Shown here: positions 52,485 to 64,000 of the stretch, in pieces
How the letters are laid out: each line of letters begins with the position of its first letter
How positions within the stretch are numbered: position 1 is the first letter of the stretch
Translations under genes and position numbers: made by a program
Notes under the pieces: generated by a model
Databases searched by the model: none
Told to the model about the DNA's origin: nothing
The model's input: only the letters and a program-made list of their open reading frames with translations
Assembly: GCA_030704615.1 (NCBI GenBank)
Contig: CM060731.1
Location: 63,922,001 to 63,986,000, forward strand
Direction: 5' to 3'
Source: Takakia lepidozioides
Taxonomy: Eukaryota > Plantae > Bryophyta
Length of the DNA stretch: 64,000 bases

Positions 52485-53195
52485 CTATCCCAAGCAGTGT
52501 GGACATAACCAATCTCCATCAGGAACCCTCTCAAGTTGTGGTGTCAAGCATCCGATGTGCCAACCTCTTGAGCATTGATCACACACCAGCATAGTGGCGG
52601 CACCACGAGCATGTCCACATAGCATGCAACGCAATCCTGCAGGTACCACTGCAAGGGTGGGATCTATCCTCCCATCCACATGTGGAAGGTGACATGGCGC
52701 ACAATTACGCACATGGTCCTTCCATACCATGTCATCTCGACCTTCCAGAATCAACATTCCTGAAGGCAACACCTCCCTGACCCTTAGAATCACACGTCCT
52801 GCTGTGACATCCAAGGTCGTAGGCGCTGTCTACTGCAGATACACATAGTCCCCATGGTAGAAACGCTGAACACCTGGCCGATATCCCCCTCCACGTATAG
52901 TGGAATACCTCAATGTGTCTCGGTGTTGGGCAATAGCAAGATTCTCAAAAGCCATAGGCATGACTCTCTTGAACAACTCTGCCCGCTGGGCACATGCTTG
53001 TGTCCACACATCCGGATCATCAAGGTTGAGGACTACTGCAGCCTCCCTGCGAATAGACGCAGACAAATCTGGCTCTCAGCCAAAGAGAAGGAAATATGGT
53101 GAGAAGGAGGCAAGTGATGCTTGCTTGCTAAACCTGTAGCCCATGGCTAGCCAAGGTACCTGAAGATCCCAATCTCCTAGGTGTCCCTTTTGCAA
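52485..53195 (-). mobile_element. Element B integrase C-terminal half with a PHD finger
   Basis: 'DWDLQVPWLAMGYRFS..SFSPYFLLFG' and 'FYHGDYVYL', followed by the C4HC3 PHD 'CMLCGHARGAATMLVCDQCSRGWHIGCLTPQLERVPDGDWLCPHC'. Confidence 0.88.
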
Positions 53196-54189
53196 GACTC
53201 CCAGTATGCAATCAACTCGTCCAACTGTTCTCCACTCAAATCAGTCTGAGTTCCTTGGGAAACATAAATCTTGTCCCCTTGTGTGCACAGGCTAAGAGAA
53301 GAGACCTGCCCTTCAATTACGTCCTCATTTCCCCCAGCCATACAAGGAGTACATCCACAGATTTGTCTCTCATATAGACCAGCACAGGTTCCAGAAACAG
53401 AATTGTGGATCTTTCATGGCACACTCACACTCTAAAAATTCCATAGATTTTTAGCAGAGTCCTAAAAACAAAAACCATGTCTAGATTGGTAGATTTCCCC
53501 TTTCTGCAGCTATCCCCTCAAAAACTGAGTCAAACAGAGCCCATTTGACAAAGATATGACCAACCGGGCTCTTAAACATAACACCTTTTTTTTTTTTCTT
53601 TTTTTTTTCTTTTTTGAAATAAGACAAAACAAATACAAAGAAAACCTTTTTTTTTTTTAATACTTGTCTTAGTTCCCTGTTCCCTGGTTATCTACGGGTT
53701 CCCAAACGTGTTCATGTAGTTCTCACCACAGACTTACTACCCGGACTCGACCAAGGCGGTGGAGCTATGTCTCAAGTTGGTGGGCACCCTCTTCACGGAG
53801 GAGCCATTCCAGTTCCTACTCTCCAACGACATTGCAGTGCACTTCGGGGCATTCTGGGACAACTCCACAAAAATTTGACGCTGCTTCCACGGCCAACATT
53901 CTACTCGCCTTCAGATGGGAGAATATTGGAGGCGGTGACACTAAAACAAACTCTTTCTCATGGTCCACAAGACAGGCCTTGGCAAATGGCACTGATGTTG
54001 CTCAGCCTCGTAATGGCTTCCCGTCCGCAGGAGGTTTCTCTCATAGCATGAAGATCATCGCTGCTGGCTTCACCTTTGCCGACGCAATTCTGGGTCTTCA
54101 TTGTTCACTCAGTTTGAGAGTAGCTTTACATTAGGGGCCAAGGCCAAGTCCAAGATGGATCACCATTGCAGTTGCTAAAGAAAGCACAT

Positions 54190-55883
54190 GGATGGCAGCG
54201 CGCTCCGCTGCTCTTCAGATCCTTGCAATTGCGGTTGTCCCACCATTGTGAAGGATCTTTGCGAAACTCATCCCAGCACTGCGCCATGCTCCAAGGTAGA
54301 GGTTTGTGCTCAAAAATCTCGTAGTCTGGATATGGCCGCTTATAAGTGCGCTGCACTTTCTTTGGGCTTGGCCACTAGTGCCACTGACTGAATGACTTTT
54401 TCCTTGGCCAACAAGGTATGCACAATCCTGATAGTCAGTGATCACGGCACCAGGGAGATGGACTCCAATGCGTTCCAAGCAAAATACAGCACCAGGAAAG
54501 ATCAGCACGTCGTTCTCAGCATGCAGAAAGCGCAAAACATGGACCCCCGCAACATGATCTTCCCAGGAGATATCAATGTTATGCGCTAGCTTCCAAGTAG
54601 GTCGTAAGTTAGCTAAAACCAGAGAACTCCCTCCTTTCACAAGTTCCCACAGCCTCTGAGGACTAGCCCGTCGTGGTGGCAGGAAACTCTCAAATTCGGT
54701 GGTGAGCTCACCAACAATGGTGAACTGCAGAATTCCAAGCTTGGCCCAACTGAGCTTGTAACCTATGGACAGGCGGGTTTTGGCGACAGACAATGGCAGT
54801 TTCAGCCCAATCTATGCTGCATAAAGGCGCTGCCGGATTTTGGCCGCCCGCGCACCCTTGAAGGCTTCGATGCACTTCCTCCTTTGCTCCGCCTCCTCAG
54901 CTGGGGTTTGTGTGGGCTTGAGACCCTCTAAAGCAGCAGTCAACTTGAACTGCCACACCCAGTGGTCGGAGGGTGTATCCAAAATCAGCTCAGGGTGCTC
55001 CACCAGTTCGCCAAAGAGCGGGTACTCTACTTCCACAATCAGGTTGGGATCCACTAAAGCATGAAGAACGCCAGCAGAAACCGCTTCAAAGTTTCCCGCA
55101 TTTGGGCAAGTTCAGCTTCACGGGCCTCCCAGCGACTTAGCAGCTGCTTCAGGTCATGGTCCTAGCTAGCGCATGCTGGGCTGCAACCAGCTGCAGGTCC
55201 TTATCATATAGAAACCCCTTCACTGCTCTCTTTCCATAAATGTAGACCTCCACGGTAAAGAGGATGAAATGCCCGCCACTTTCTATCAGCTTTCTGTCTT
55301 CGCATATGACTCCTATCCCAAAGTGCAGCCCTGTCGTGCGGACCTCAATCCAGACCTCTTGGTTTTCAAACTCACGAGCAGAGACGACAACTAAATCTGC
55401 ACGCACAGCCTATGGAAACAGCAGGGCCAGATGGACTCCCGCCCCAAGATATATATTATAATAATGCTAAGACAAACATTGTATCTAGCTTAGCACCAGC
55501 ACACTAGATAACGCTCATCTCTCTCGAGTGATAAGAAAAGCTAAGAACACACTGTTCATACAAGAAACAACATGAATCCAACAGCATCACTCGCTAAAAC
55601 AAAAGTCGAGCCAGGGGCACCCCAAGCTATGGGGACTCCACCCCACAACAACCTACACTCCCATCATAAGCACACTCAGATCTGAAGCGATGAAGGAGCT
55701 CGGTCGCGCAGGCTCAACTCGAGAGAGATGAGCTGCGCGACTGCCGCTCTCGTGAAGATAAGACGGTTCAGATGTCAAACTAAACTTGACACCTGACTTA
55801 ACACTTGACCTAAATCCAAGTGTTAAGTACAAATAACTAGCTTTATTCTAGTCGTTTTCACACTGTGCTTATTTAACTTGACA
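54190..55883 (-). mobile_element. Element C: X-like LTR start, unknown ORF, then a captured PDF-motif fragment
   Basis: TGTCAAGTT at 55883 interrupts a PPR copy. It shares GGCTCAACTCGAGA.AGATGAGC and CTTATCACTCGAGA with X. Its ORF is homologous to 40274-40810, and WDEFRKDPSQWWDNRNCK lies at ~54225-54280. Confidence 0.7.
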
Positions 55884-57900
55884 CCTTTCATCTTGATGCA
55901 CTTATGCAAGAGACACACATACGTATCTACATCTGCTGAAATGCCTCTGTTTAAAATTTGTAGGGCCTCTTTCAGTCTGTCTGCCTCATAAAGCATCTTC
56001 ACATGCCCATAAGTGCCAAAAGAGGCATTGTGGACTCCCTCTCTTGATCCTCTTCCAGAAGTTGTGGTCATGGTTGAGGTGCCTGATTTTATCAACTGTG
56101 CCGCTACAGCTGCCGCTTCCAGCTGACCATGTACCCATGGAGGTTTCTTGTAGCTATCCTTCCACAGGGATCCATAGGTAATCTGGAACTTGAAATCCGA
56201 CCCTCTTGGATGAATATGGACCCACACTCTATCCTGCTCCTTCAGCTATCACTGCCTCTGCACAAATCATGCATACATCCTTGCCTTGTTGCCAATGCGA
56301 TCATCGCACTCCACGACACCAATCTCGTTGAGCCACAGTCGAACACTACCTTCGCATCTTCAATGCTCCCGCATTCAGCATACATGTCCACCAGGGCGGT
56401 GTTCAAAACGACAATTCCTACAAGCTGGACCATGGACCTCCCATGTCACTTCCAGGTGGAGGCAGTACATATTAAAATATCTATTCCCCCAAGGCCACAT
56501 TTTCTTTACCTGTTCTTGTGAAACACACGTCAGCAAATGTGGCCCCGAATCACGGGTGCAATCAATGCGCAGTGGTTCATGGAGTCGTTGAGTCGACTAC
56601 ATATTCACTTTAATGAATAAATATCTTTATTCCATTAATCAAATTATGAATGAAAATTTCTAGTCGCATGTGCAGTAATTAGAACCACTTGGATTTTCCG
56701 TTTTTTCAAATTTTATGTATTTTCGTAATTAATTAAATAGCCCGGTGCTACGACTCCGGAGTCGTTGACCCCACTTCTGCCCGCCGTCTGAAATGCCCCC
56801 GTGGGCCCACATTGTCCGTTTCGACTCTCCAGTAGTCTCGCTTACTGCCAAGTGGTTCCCGGAGTGATTGGCGGACACCCAGTCGATTCGGAAAAGACAC
56901 GAATGCTTCTAGTGGCAAATGCACACAAACATGATGTGCTTCCCCCATCATCTGCTCATAGCTCTCCAAAGCCTCCATCCCACGTCCCTGCCGTGCATAC
57001 CCTGCAAGCATCGCATTCCACGACAGCACATCTCGTTCAACCATAGTGTCGAACACTCCCTTTGCATCCTAGATGCACCCACATTTTGCAAACATGTTCA
57101 CCAGGGTATTGTTCAGAATGACATCTGATACAATTCTAGCTCTGAAGATGACACCATGGACCTCTTTCCCCTTGGGGCAGTGTTCAGATTGACATTTGGC
57201 ACAATTCCAGCTTTGATGATATCCCCATGCACCTCTTGCCCTTCTCCAGGGCTGCCAGGCTTGCACAAGCATTGCAAATGCACACAAACACGATGTGCTT
57301 CCCCCATCATTTGCTCATAGGTCTCCAAAGCCTCCATCCCACGTCCCTGCCGTGCATACCCTGGACCAAGCTGACTCTCCCAAGAACCTTGTAAACATCA
57401 GCGAGGACTTAAGTGCGCAACAGCGCTTAGTGGGGCTTAGTGCTTGAGGGAAAAAAAAAACATCGCATTGGTCCATGAGAACCACCATGGTGTAGCTAAG
57501 CGAGCAGAGATTGAAACACGACCTGCTAAGACCAAGCTGACTCTCCCAAGAACCTTGTAAACATCAGGAAGAATACCAAATCATGGTACTAACAGGAGCC
57601 AAAAGCCCACATTTGCAGGATGGACAAACTTCTTCACATCCTACATTAAGAAAAGGCCACACCTTGCGATTGCGACTGTTCCACCATCATGAAGGATCTG
57701 TAAAAAACTCATGCGAGCTCTGCTCCATGCTGCAAATTCAGAGCCGAGTCTGATGAGAGGGCAAAACAGGTTGAAATAGGTCGAAGAAGAAGGTGCCCTA
57801 ACCACATTGTCGTCGACCTTGTGTCATGACCCATGGAGGATTTGACAGACCATGAACCCAAACGGACCTCTTGTGTGTGCTGCTTGTGTCTGTAGTCAGG
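55884..57900 (-). pseudogene. Second, fragmented PDF-PPR paralog
   Basis: 'IHPRGSDFK..SLWKDSYKKPPWVHGQLE..LKEALQIL' parallels 4858-5180. PPR pieces lie at 56280-56440 and 56915-57360, PDF-like pieces at ~57670-57900, and the pieces are out of order. Confidence 0.8.
56466..56912 (+). mobile_element. Possible non-autonomous Helitron inserted in the PPR remnant
   Basis: Ends with a short hairpin (ATTCG..CGAAT) followed by CTAG|T exactly where PPR sequence resumes. The 5' TC terminus is not seen. Confidence 0.45.
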
Positions 57901-58419
57901 TAATGTCGGATTGTCCATGAAAACCACCACGGTACAGCTGAGCGATCAGAGATTGAAACGCGACCTGCTAAGACCAACCTGCACGAGGATTTAGTGTATG
58001 AACCCGCGACCCCGCGACACACAGGAAGAGCCCTTACCGGTACGCTACATGCACACATTTGAAATTTCCCCCCAAAAGTATGTATATATTGTACATACGT
58101 GATGGGCAATTTTTTAAGTTTTTTAACCTTTTTACAAACCCTATAAGCAAAAAAAAAAAAAAAATCTTAATAAATTTTAAAGGAAACCTCAGGCCCTTGA
58201 GGAGGGGGAAAAATTAACCCCCTTTCATTTATGGGCCATGAGACCTACAAGAGGATCAACGCCCAGACATACCGTCGTCACAAACAATCCCACACATGGG
58301 GTAATGCAGCGGGTTTGAACCCTGAACCACCAGGGCGACACACTCTGCACTTACCAGCCGATGTGTTTTTTTTAAATCTTTTGCACTTTGATTTTTTATT
58401 ATTTTTTTAAATCATTTTA

Positions 58420-60025
58420 GTGGTTACAAGTGAGCACATAGATGTATTCCATGGAGATAAACAAAACTGTTCATCCGGTGTCTTCACGGTGGATGTATCC
58501 CATGGAGCGTTACATGAAAGATCTTAAGGGATACGTTAGGAATTACGCAAAGCCAGAAGGGAGTACGGCTGTAGGGTATGTTCTGGATGAGGCCATGGGG
58601 TTCATGACTGAGTATATGCAATCATTTGATGCAACTCAACGGCGGACTTGGGATGCAAATGCGGAGGAAATGGTTGAGGATGAGGTCTTCGAAGGTGTCG
58701 GCAAAAAGCGGGACATGACTGGAGCAGGGAGAGATGCAACACAAATTTTGTATGTGCTGAACAATACCAATGTCATGGCTTCTTGGGTGCAACGAGTACT
58801 TTTTTTCATTGCACCTTATTCATATCAAGTTCAATTTCAATTCTGACTGTCACTAGTGTAATCAAACCACCCACAAAGTCACAAATGTCAGTGTTTCATC
58901 GTGATTATAACCAATGTTATAGTAACGGAATGTCTGAGTGAGTGACTTGTTGGAAGAGCATGTTCATTTACAAGTCATTCTACTCACTCGTCCAGTGGTT
59001 TGAAACAGTGGTTTTTAAAGTATCATTTATGCTAGGTATTTTTTGCGAAGTAATGCAATACTTCATTGCTAACATGTGTCATTCTTGTTGCCATTTTGTG
59101 ACAAAAAGTATGCAACAGAGAAGGCACAATTCACAGCAGACAGAGAGGCCTGTGGTGATGAGTGGCGTGCCAATCGACGTCTACCTTATCATATCAACCA
59201 ATACCTAAGTCATTAGATGGTCCCACGGCTCTAAATAAAGAAGACCTGGTTATGTTGGCTACCATTCAAGCGGCATTTGTGCAACCAACCGCTATTCCAG
59301 CTGAGCAAAGTGATTCAGAGGGTGACAAATATGTTTCAGACTCAGAATAAAGTTTATTGTTGGAACCATTTGTTCAATAGCATCATCCCATAATGGTCTG
59401 GCCACTTGTCTGTTTTTCAAAGTCTGTCACAGCTGCACAAACCACTTAAAGTTTTTCATGTATCACCCAAAAAGTGGTACCAATCATTGTTGTGTAGGCA
59501 ACCACTCATGAGCAACCACTAGAATAGTGGTTCCAATTACTGCAGTATCTTTCACCACCCACTCTCCACCACTGTCAAAGTGATACAAATCAATGAGATG
59601 TCTTTAACCACTCAAGATCAACGTGCACTGTCCCATCCACGTGGAATATTATATTTATGAATTAAAATATATTTCCAAATCATAAATCACAAATAAAATT
59701 TGAATTATTACACGTGGAGTAGCAAGTGGTTTCAATTCCCATCACTGAGGGTCTATAACCACTCATAATGTACCACTGCACTCGTCCACGTGGAATATTA
59801 TATTTATTAATTAAAATGTATTACCAAATAAATAATAATAAATAAAAACAAATTATTACACGTGGACTACTGAGTGGTTGAAACCACTTCCAACCACTGT
59901 CTGTGATGCCACTGTGGCATTTCATTGGGATTAACCACTGGCAAGTGGTTACTAGTGGTTTATAGAGTGGAAAAAGACAGTAGTGGTTAAAGGGCCAGTG
60001 GTTATTCCACGTTTTTCTTCTAGTG
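58420..60025 (+). mobile_element. CACTA (En/Spm) transposon 3' remnant
   Basis: Transposase-associated 'PVSSRWMYPMERYMKDLKGYVRNYAKPEGS', many ACCACT/AGTGGT subterminal repeats, and the terminus TTTTTCTTCTAGTG (reverse complement CACTAGAAGAAAAA). Confidence 0.85.
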
Positions 60026-60824
60026 AATGCGTAACGGCTACTCCACCTACATCCAGCTAAGTTTAATTGAAAGTCTCCATCGACGATACCATTCATCCAT
60101 GCCCAAAAGCTAGCAGGTGGGAGTCAATCCCTTACATATGTGAGGCTTGCTGGCCCCACTAACTAAGCGAGATCCAGTGAGCAATCAAGGAAAAGTGAAC
60201 AAGGGATCTATAACAAAATTAAGCAAAAACTAGGCATCCGATCAAGCTTGGGATGAAAAAACCAAATGAACAAAACCTTGCCCTGCAAAATGGGCGAAGG
60301 ACAAAAGATCAAAGTGGAAAAACCCCAAGCATGGTACAATCTGGTGCCATCTCTAGCACGACACAACAAACAAAGGCTAACTATGGCTCAGATTCGACAA
60401 ATTGCAGGCGGGAGAGAGCAGCCTTAGTTGGAGTATAAATCACCTGTCTATTTTCCACATTCAAACATGTCAAGTCAAATGTTAGAATGCAGGGAACTAA
60501 TAAAGACACATGGACTGAACCAGCCAGATGAGGAGTGGAAGTGTTGTGGGAGGAGCACATACTGTCTACCTGGAAGAATTTCAGTGATAAGGTAAGGGCC
60601 ATATTTGCGCCGCTCAGCCTTAGAGACCTGCTTCCCTGGTTGCAATCTAACACAAACAAATTGTCCTAGTTTAAAAGACTCAGAATAAACAACGGTGATA
60701 ATACTTAACCTGAGATGCCTGAGCAAACTGGATATTGGACTTGGCAGTCTCACAAAGCTGCCTGCGTTTAGCATCCATAGTAAGCAAAAATTGCTCTCAG
60801 TTTTCAGGTTAAGTGGCCGACACC

Positions 60825-63452
60825 TGACGTACATAGGAGGAGTTGCGGTTGCCCAGCGAGGCAAGATGCCGACACTGGCAGCATTCACAGTTGCAGTGAC
60901 TTGGCCTGGAGAGTTGTTGGATGGCAACACTCATTCAGAGGATGTGTCACCTCCGGGAGAGCAGGATGACATGTATGGTATGGCGGAGTTGCTTGCCATG
61001 GTTGCTCACAATCCATTGTAACGGGTTGCTGATCGACGGGTGCAACAAGCCTGGGTAGAGGCTTTTGTACTGTCAGGAGAGGAGGACGATACGGGGATTG
61101 CACCAGGACCACCTCAGTTGTCTCCATTGGACACCACACCGATTGTGTGGCAGTGTTTGGATGAAGGCATTTGCCTTCTGGACTTGTTTGGCGAGATCAG
61201 CACCGGATTAGCTGCTGTTCTACAGGCAGGTGTACGAGTACGGCGGTACTTATATGTGGAGAAGGATGAGACTGCACGACGCGTCTCCCTACGCCATGTT
61301 GCTCAGTTGGTGCAGCAGTACCCTGAGTTGTTGCCGGTGTCTGCAGTTCATGGATGTCACCAGGCCTTGTCAGCAGACATTTCGTTGCTGGGGGCGCAGG
61401 ATTTGGAGCGGGTTGGCTCCATTGATCTGGTAGTGGCAGGTTGGCCCTGCCAGACATGGCAATGGATTACAAGACTCGAGGTCGGGTCTGTTTTGGGAGA
61501 TGGTGCGGGTTTTGCGCCACTTACAGCTTCATCAAGCTCTATCTCCAACATACATCTTGGAGAATGTGCCACTGATGGGCGATTCTCGGGCCAGGGTGAT
61601 GGCCAGTGTGCATCAAGTCCGGTCGTGGCTTGGGTCAGCAGTGTTGTTGGATACAGCTGTAGTGGGGTCACGAGCTCATCGTCCACGGTTATGGTGGACT
61701 AACTTGATGCCACCCGCACTGCTCAATCGTGCATTTGATGGGGTGCAACGGCCAGCACACCTCACAGTGGATAGCATTTTGGACACATGAAGGCAGTCTC
61801 AGCGTATGAGACACGATGACCGTTTGCCTTTGGCAGTGGTCAACAAGGTGGGTCAACCACGAGCAGCACTACCTACACTGCTCAGCTTCCCAGGATCCCA
61901 TGCTTTCCGGGATGGTGGACCTGGCCTCCTGTGGGATGCTCAGTTGCAGCTGTTAGTGGAGCCTAATGCCGACGAGCGAGAACGGGCTATGGGTTTTTCC
62001 ACTGGGACCACATCGGTGCCTTCTCTTTCTGAGGCATCACGTCGTCAAGTGTTGGGGCAAGCAATGGATCTAAATTGCTTGACCTGGATTATCAGCTTGG
62101 CTATGGCTGAACAATGAAGAGTGCGGAGTGCACTTCCCTTGATGGTCTCTCTGCCTACCAAGATGGTACAGGCAGTGAGTGGGGGCAAGCCGGTGAGGAC
62201 CACGGGGTGTAGACATCCATGGCACACGTGGGAGGTGATTGAGGTTCGGAGGGAGTTGGCAGCCAAGGCGGTTGTGATGGATGAGGTGGGGATTCTTCTT
62301 GGATTGAGGAGATCCTCAAGGATGAGATGATGGGGCAGGATGAGGCCTTGTCATTGACGGAGCAGGCAGGGAGTACTGCTCATGAGGTTGCGGCATAGCA
62401 ACCATGGGACGCGTCCTCTACCTCTAAGTCTGCTGGACTTAAGGTTGCAGTTACGGAGGACAATTGGGAGCCTGACATTGGACCCATTGTCACTGGAGGA
62501 GAGAGACGACGTATACGGCGGTTCCTGAGGCTTACAAGAATTGCTTTGCCTTCAGTTTGAAGGATTTGAGAAGGACGAGGAGATGGTGCCGGGATGGCAT
62601 GCATCTGCCTTTTTGTGTATCTTGGCATCAGGAGGTCAGATTGGACCTACAACAGGGATGACTATAGACGGAGTGTCTGAGGACCCTGAGGCTATTGATG
62701 AGCCAGGTGGTGCCAGAGGTATACATGAGAATTCGGTTGTGTTGGACTACCTCCGCACTGGAGACACGGTAGCTAGTGTGACTGCCAAGGAGAGGGATCG
62801 GATCCTGCAACGAGCCAAGAGGTTCAAGTGGGAGGGGATACACCTGCTGCGAGTGTAGGAGGATGGTTGGGTGAGGATCGTCCCTCACCCAACAGAGCGT
62901 GCACGGTTAGTGCGGCATGCCCATGAGGAGTTGGGGCATTTTGGAGTGCGACGCACTCATAATTTACTGCAGGGGCAATATTGATGGCGTGGTATGCACA
63001 TAGAGGTGCAACAGTTCATGGCTAGGTGCATGGTATGTGACAGGGTGCGTGCTTCATTCAACGCCTCTACACCACAGTTGCATCCTTTACCCATCATGGG
63101 ATTGGGCTACAAGTGGAGTCTTGACTTCGCAGGGCCGTTGCCATTGATGATGCGCCACCACAGATATGTGTTGGTGATGGTGGAGTACTTCTCCAAGTGG
63201 ATTGAGTTGGTTCCATTGCCTGACAAGGCTAGTGAGGGGGCTGCGTATGCATTCCTGGAGCGTGTGCTTAGCCGATTCAGTGCTCCAGCTGAGGTACTCA
63301 CGGACCAAGGGAGAGAGTTCTTGGGGGAGTTTTAGGCTTTGTGTGATAAAGCCTTGATAGACCACCGTACCACTTCTTGGGATCATCCTGAGGCCGATGG
63401 CTTGGCAAAGAAAGTGGTGCAGACGGTGAAGAGGGGTTTGCGCAAGTATGGC
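60825..63452 (+). mobile_element. Element B middle: linker, DNMT3-like methyltransferase, (RT and RNase H deleted), integrase N-terminal half
   Basis: DNMT motifs at 61165-62095. Integrase HEELGHFG..CMVC, SLDFAGP, TDQGREF and EADGLA. Ends at KRGLRKYG. Confidence 0.88.
61165..62095 (+). pseudogene. C5 cytosine DNA methyltransferase domain (DNMT3-like), retroelement-encoded and disrupted
   Basis: Motifs in canonical order: I LDLFGEISTG, II YVEKD, IV GWPCQ, VI ILENVP, VIII RPRLWWTN, IX ERERAMGF, X LGQAMD. Frameshift at ~61460-61490 and TGA at 61788. Confidence 0.88.
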
Positions 63453-64000
63453 AGGCATTAGCAGTGGACAACAAACTGCTGTAGTTGGCGTTGAGGGCCT
63501 CAATATTGCTTTGGACAATCAGAACTCTGTTGGAGCCAACAGTTCTGTAGCTGTAGGTGAAATACCAAAGTGGGTGAAAGCTAGGCTTGGAACACAGCCA
63601 AAGACAGCCCCGGGGACCAAGGTGTTCAGCCACAAGGCCGTGGTGTACTGGAGTAGAGGAGCAGGAGCTACACAAGTTTGTGCAATCAAACAGCGTTGCA
63701 GCCGGACACGCTCTGCACAAGGCAACCACGAGCGGGGGTTCATTAGCGAGGACAAGTTTGTTCTGTTTGAAGGAGATGCAATCATTTGCAATGAAGACAC
63801 CCGCAACCGTCTCAAAGCTTTTGAGTTGAGAGACTATCAGACCCTACCTTTGTTTTCTTTAGTGTTTAGTGAGCGGGAGATAGGGGAGTATTGCTTTGTC
63901 TCTACTTGGCAGAAAGAGGAGGAGGGTTGGTTAGAGCGAGCTACTGTAGCTTGGGACAAGGTTAGTGGCAGGTTTATGGACATAGATATACCTCCTACAC

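Noticed and set aside
60480-60800. Possible additional gag fragment (STWKNFSDKVRAIFAPL)
   Set aside because: Only one short motif amid stops, which is too weak to call.
61165-62095. Bacterial restriction-modification methylase or contamination
   Set aside because: No restriction enzyme partner is present, the domain is embedded in a retroelement pol, and its motif style is DNMT3-like.

Overview
Eukaryotic nuclear DNA from a land plant. The intron-containing genes, PLS-PPR genes and retroelement types suggest a non-seed plant such as a bryophyte or lycophyte; this is inference. The left ~39 kb holds host genes: a frameshifted PLS-class PPR gene preceded by three OSB-type PDF/WWDNR motifs, a CIR-N/zinc-knuckle gene, an OCT7-like transporter, a decayed Crinkler-like gene, and divergent NAA30 and NAA60 acetyltransferase genes. 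An inverted duplicate of the NAA30 last exon, LINE and MITE remnants and a truncated LRR receptor gene are interspersed. The right ~25 kb is a scrambled nest of Ty3/gypsy-type elements that can be pieced back together. Element A reads unknown 5' ORF, gag, protease, dUTPase-like domain, RT, RNase H, integrase. Element B reads gag, protease, DNMT3-like C5 cytosine methyltransferase, integrase, PHD finger, with RT and RNase H deleted. Both are broken and partly inverted. The most notable items are the DNMT+PHD retroelement, the uncharacterised 5' ORF shared by two elements, the PDF-PPR fusion and the dUTPase-bearing gypsy. All domain calls come from motif recognition by eye; no searches were run.
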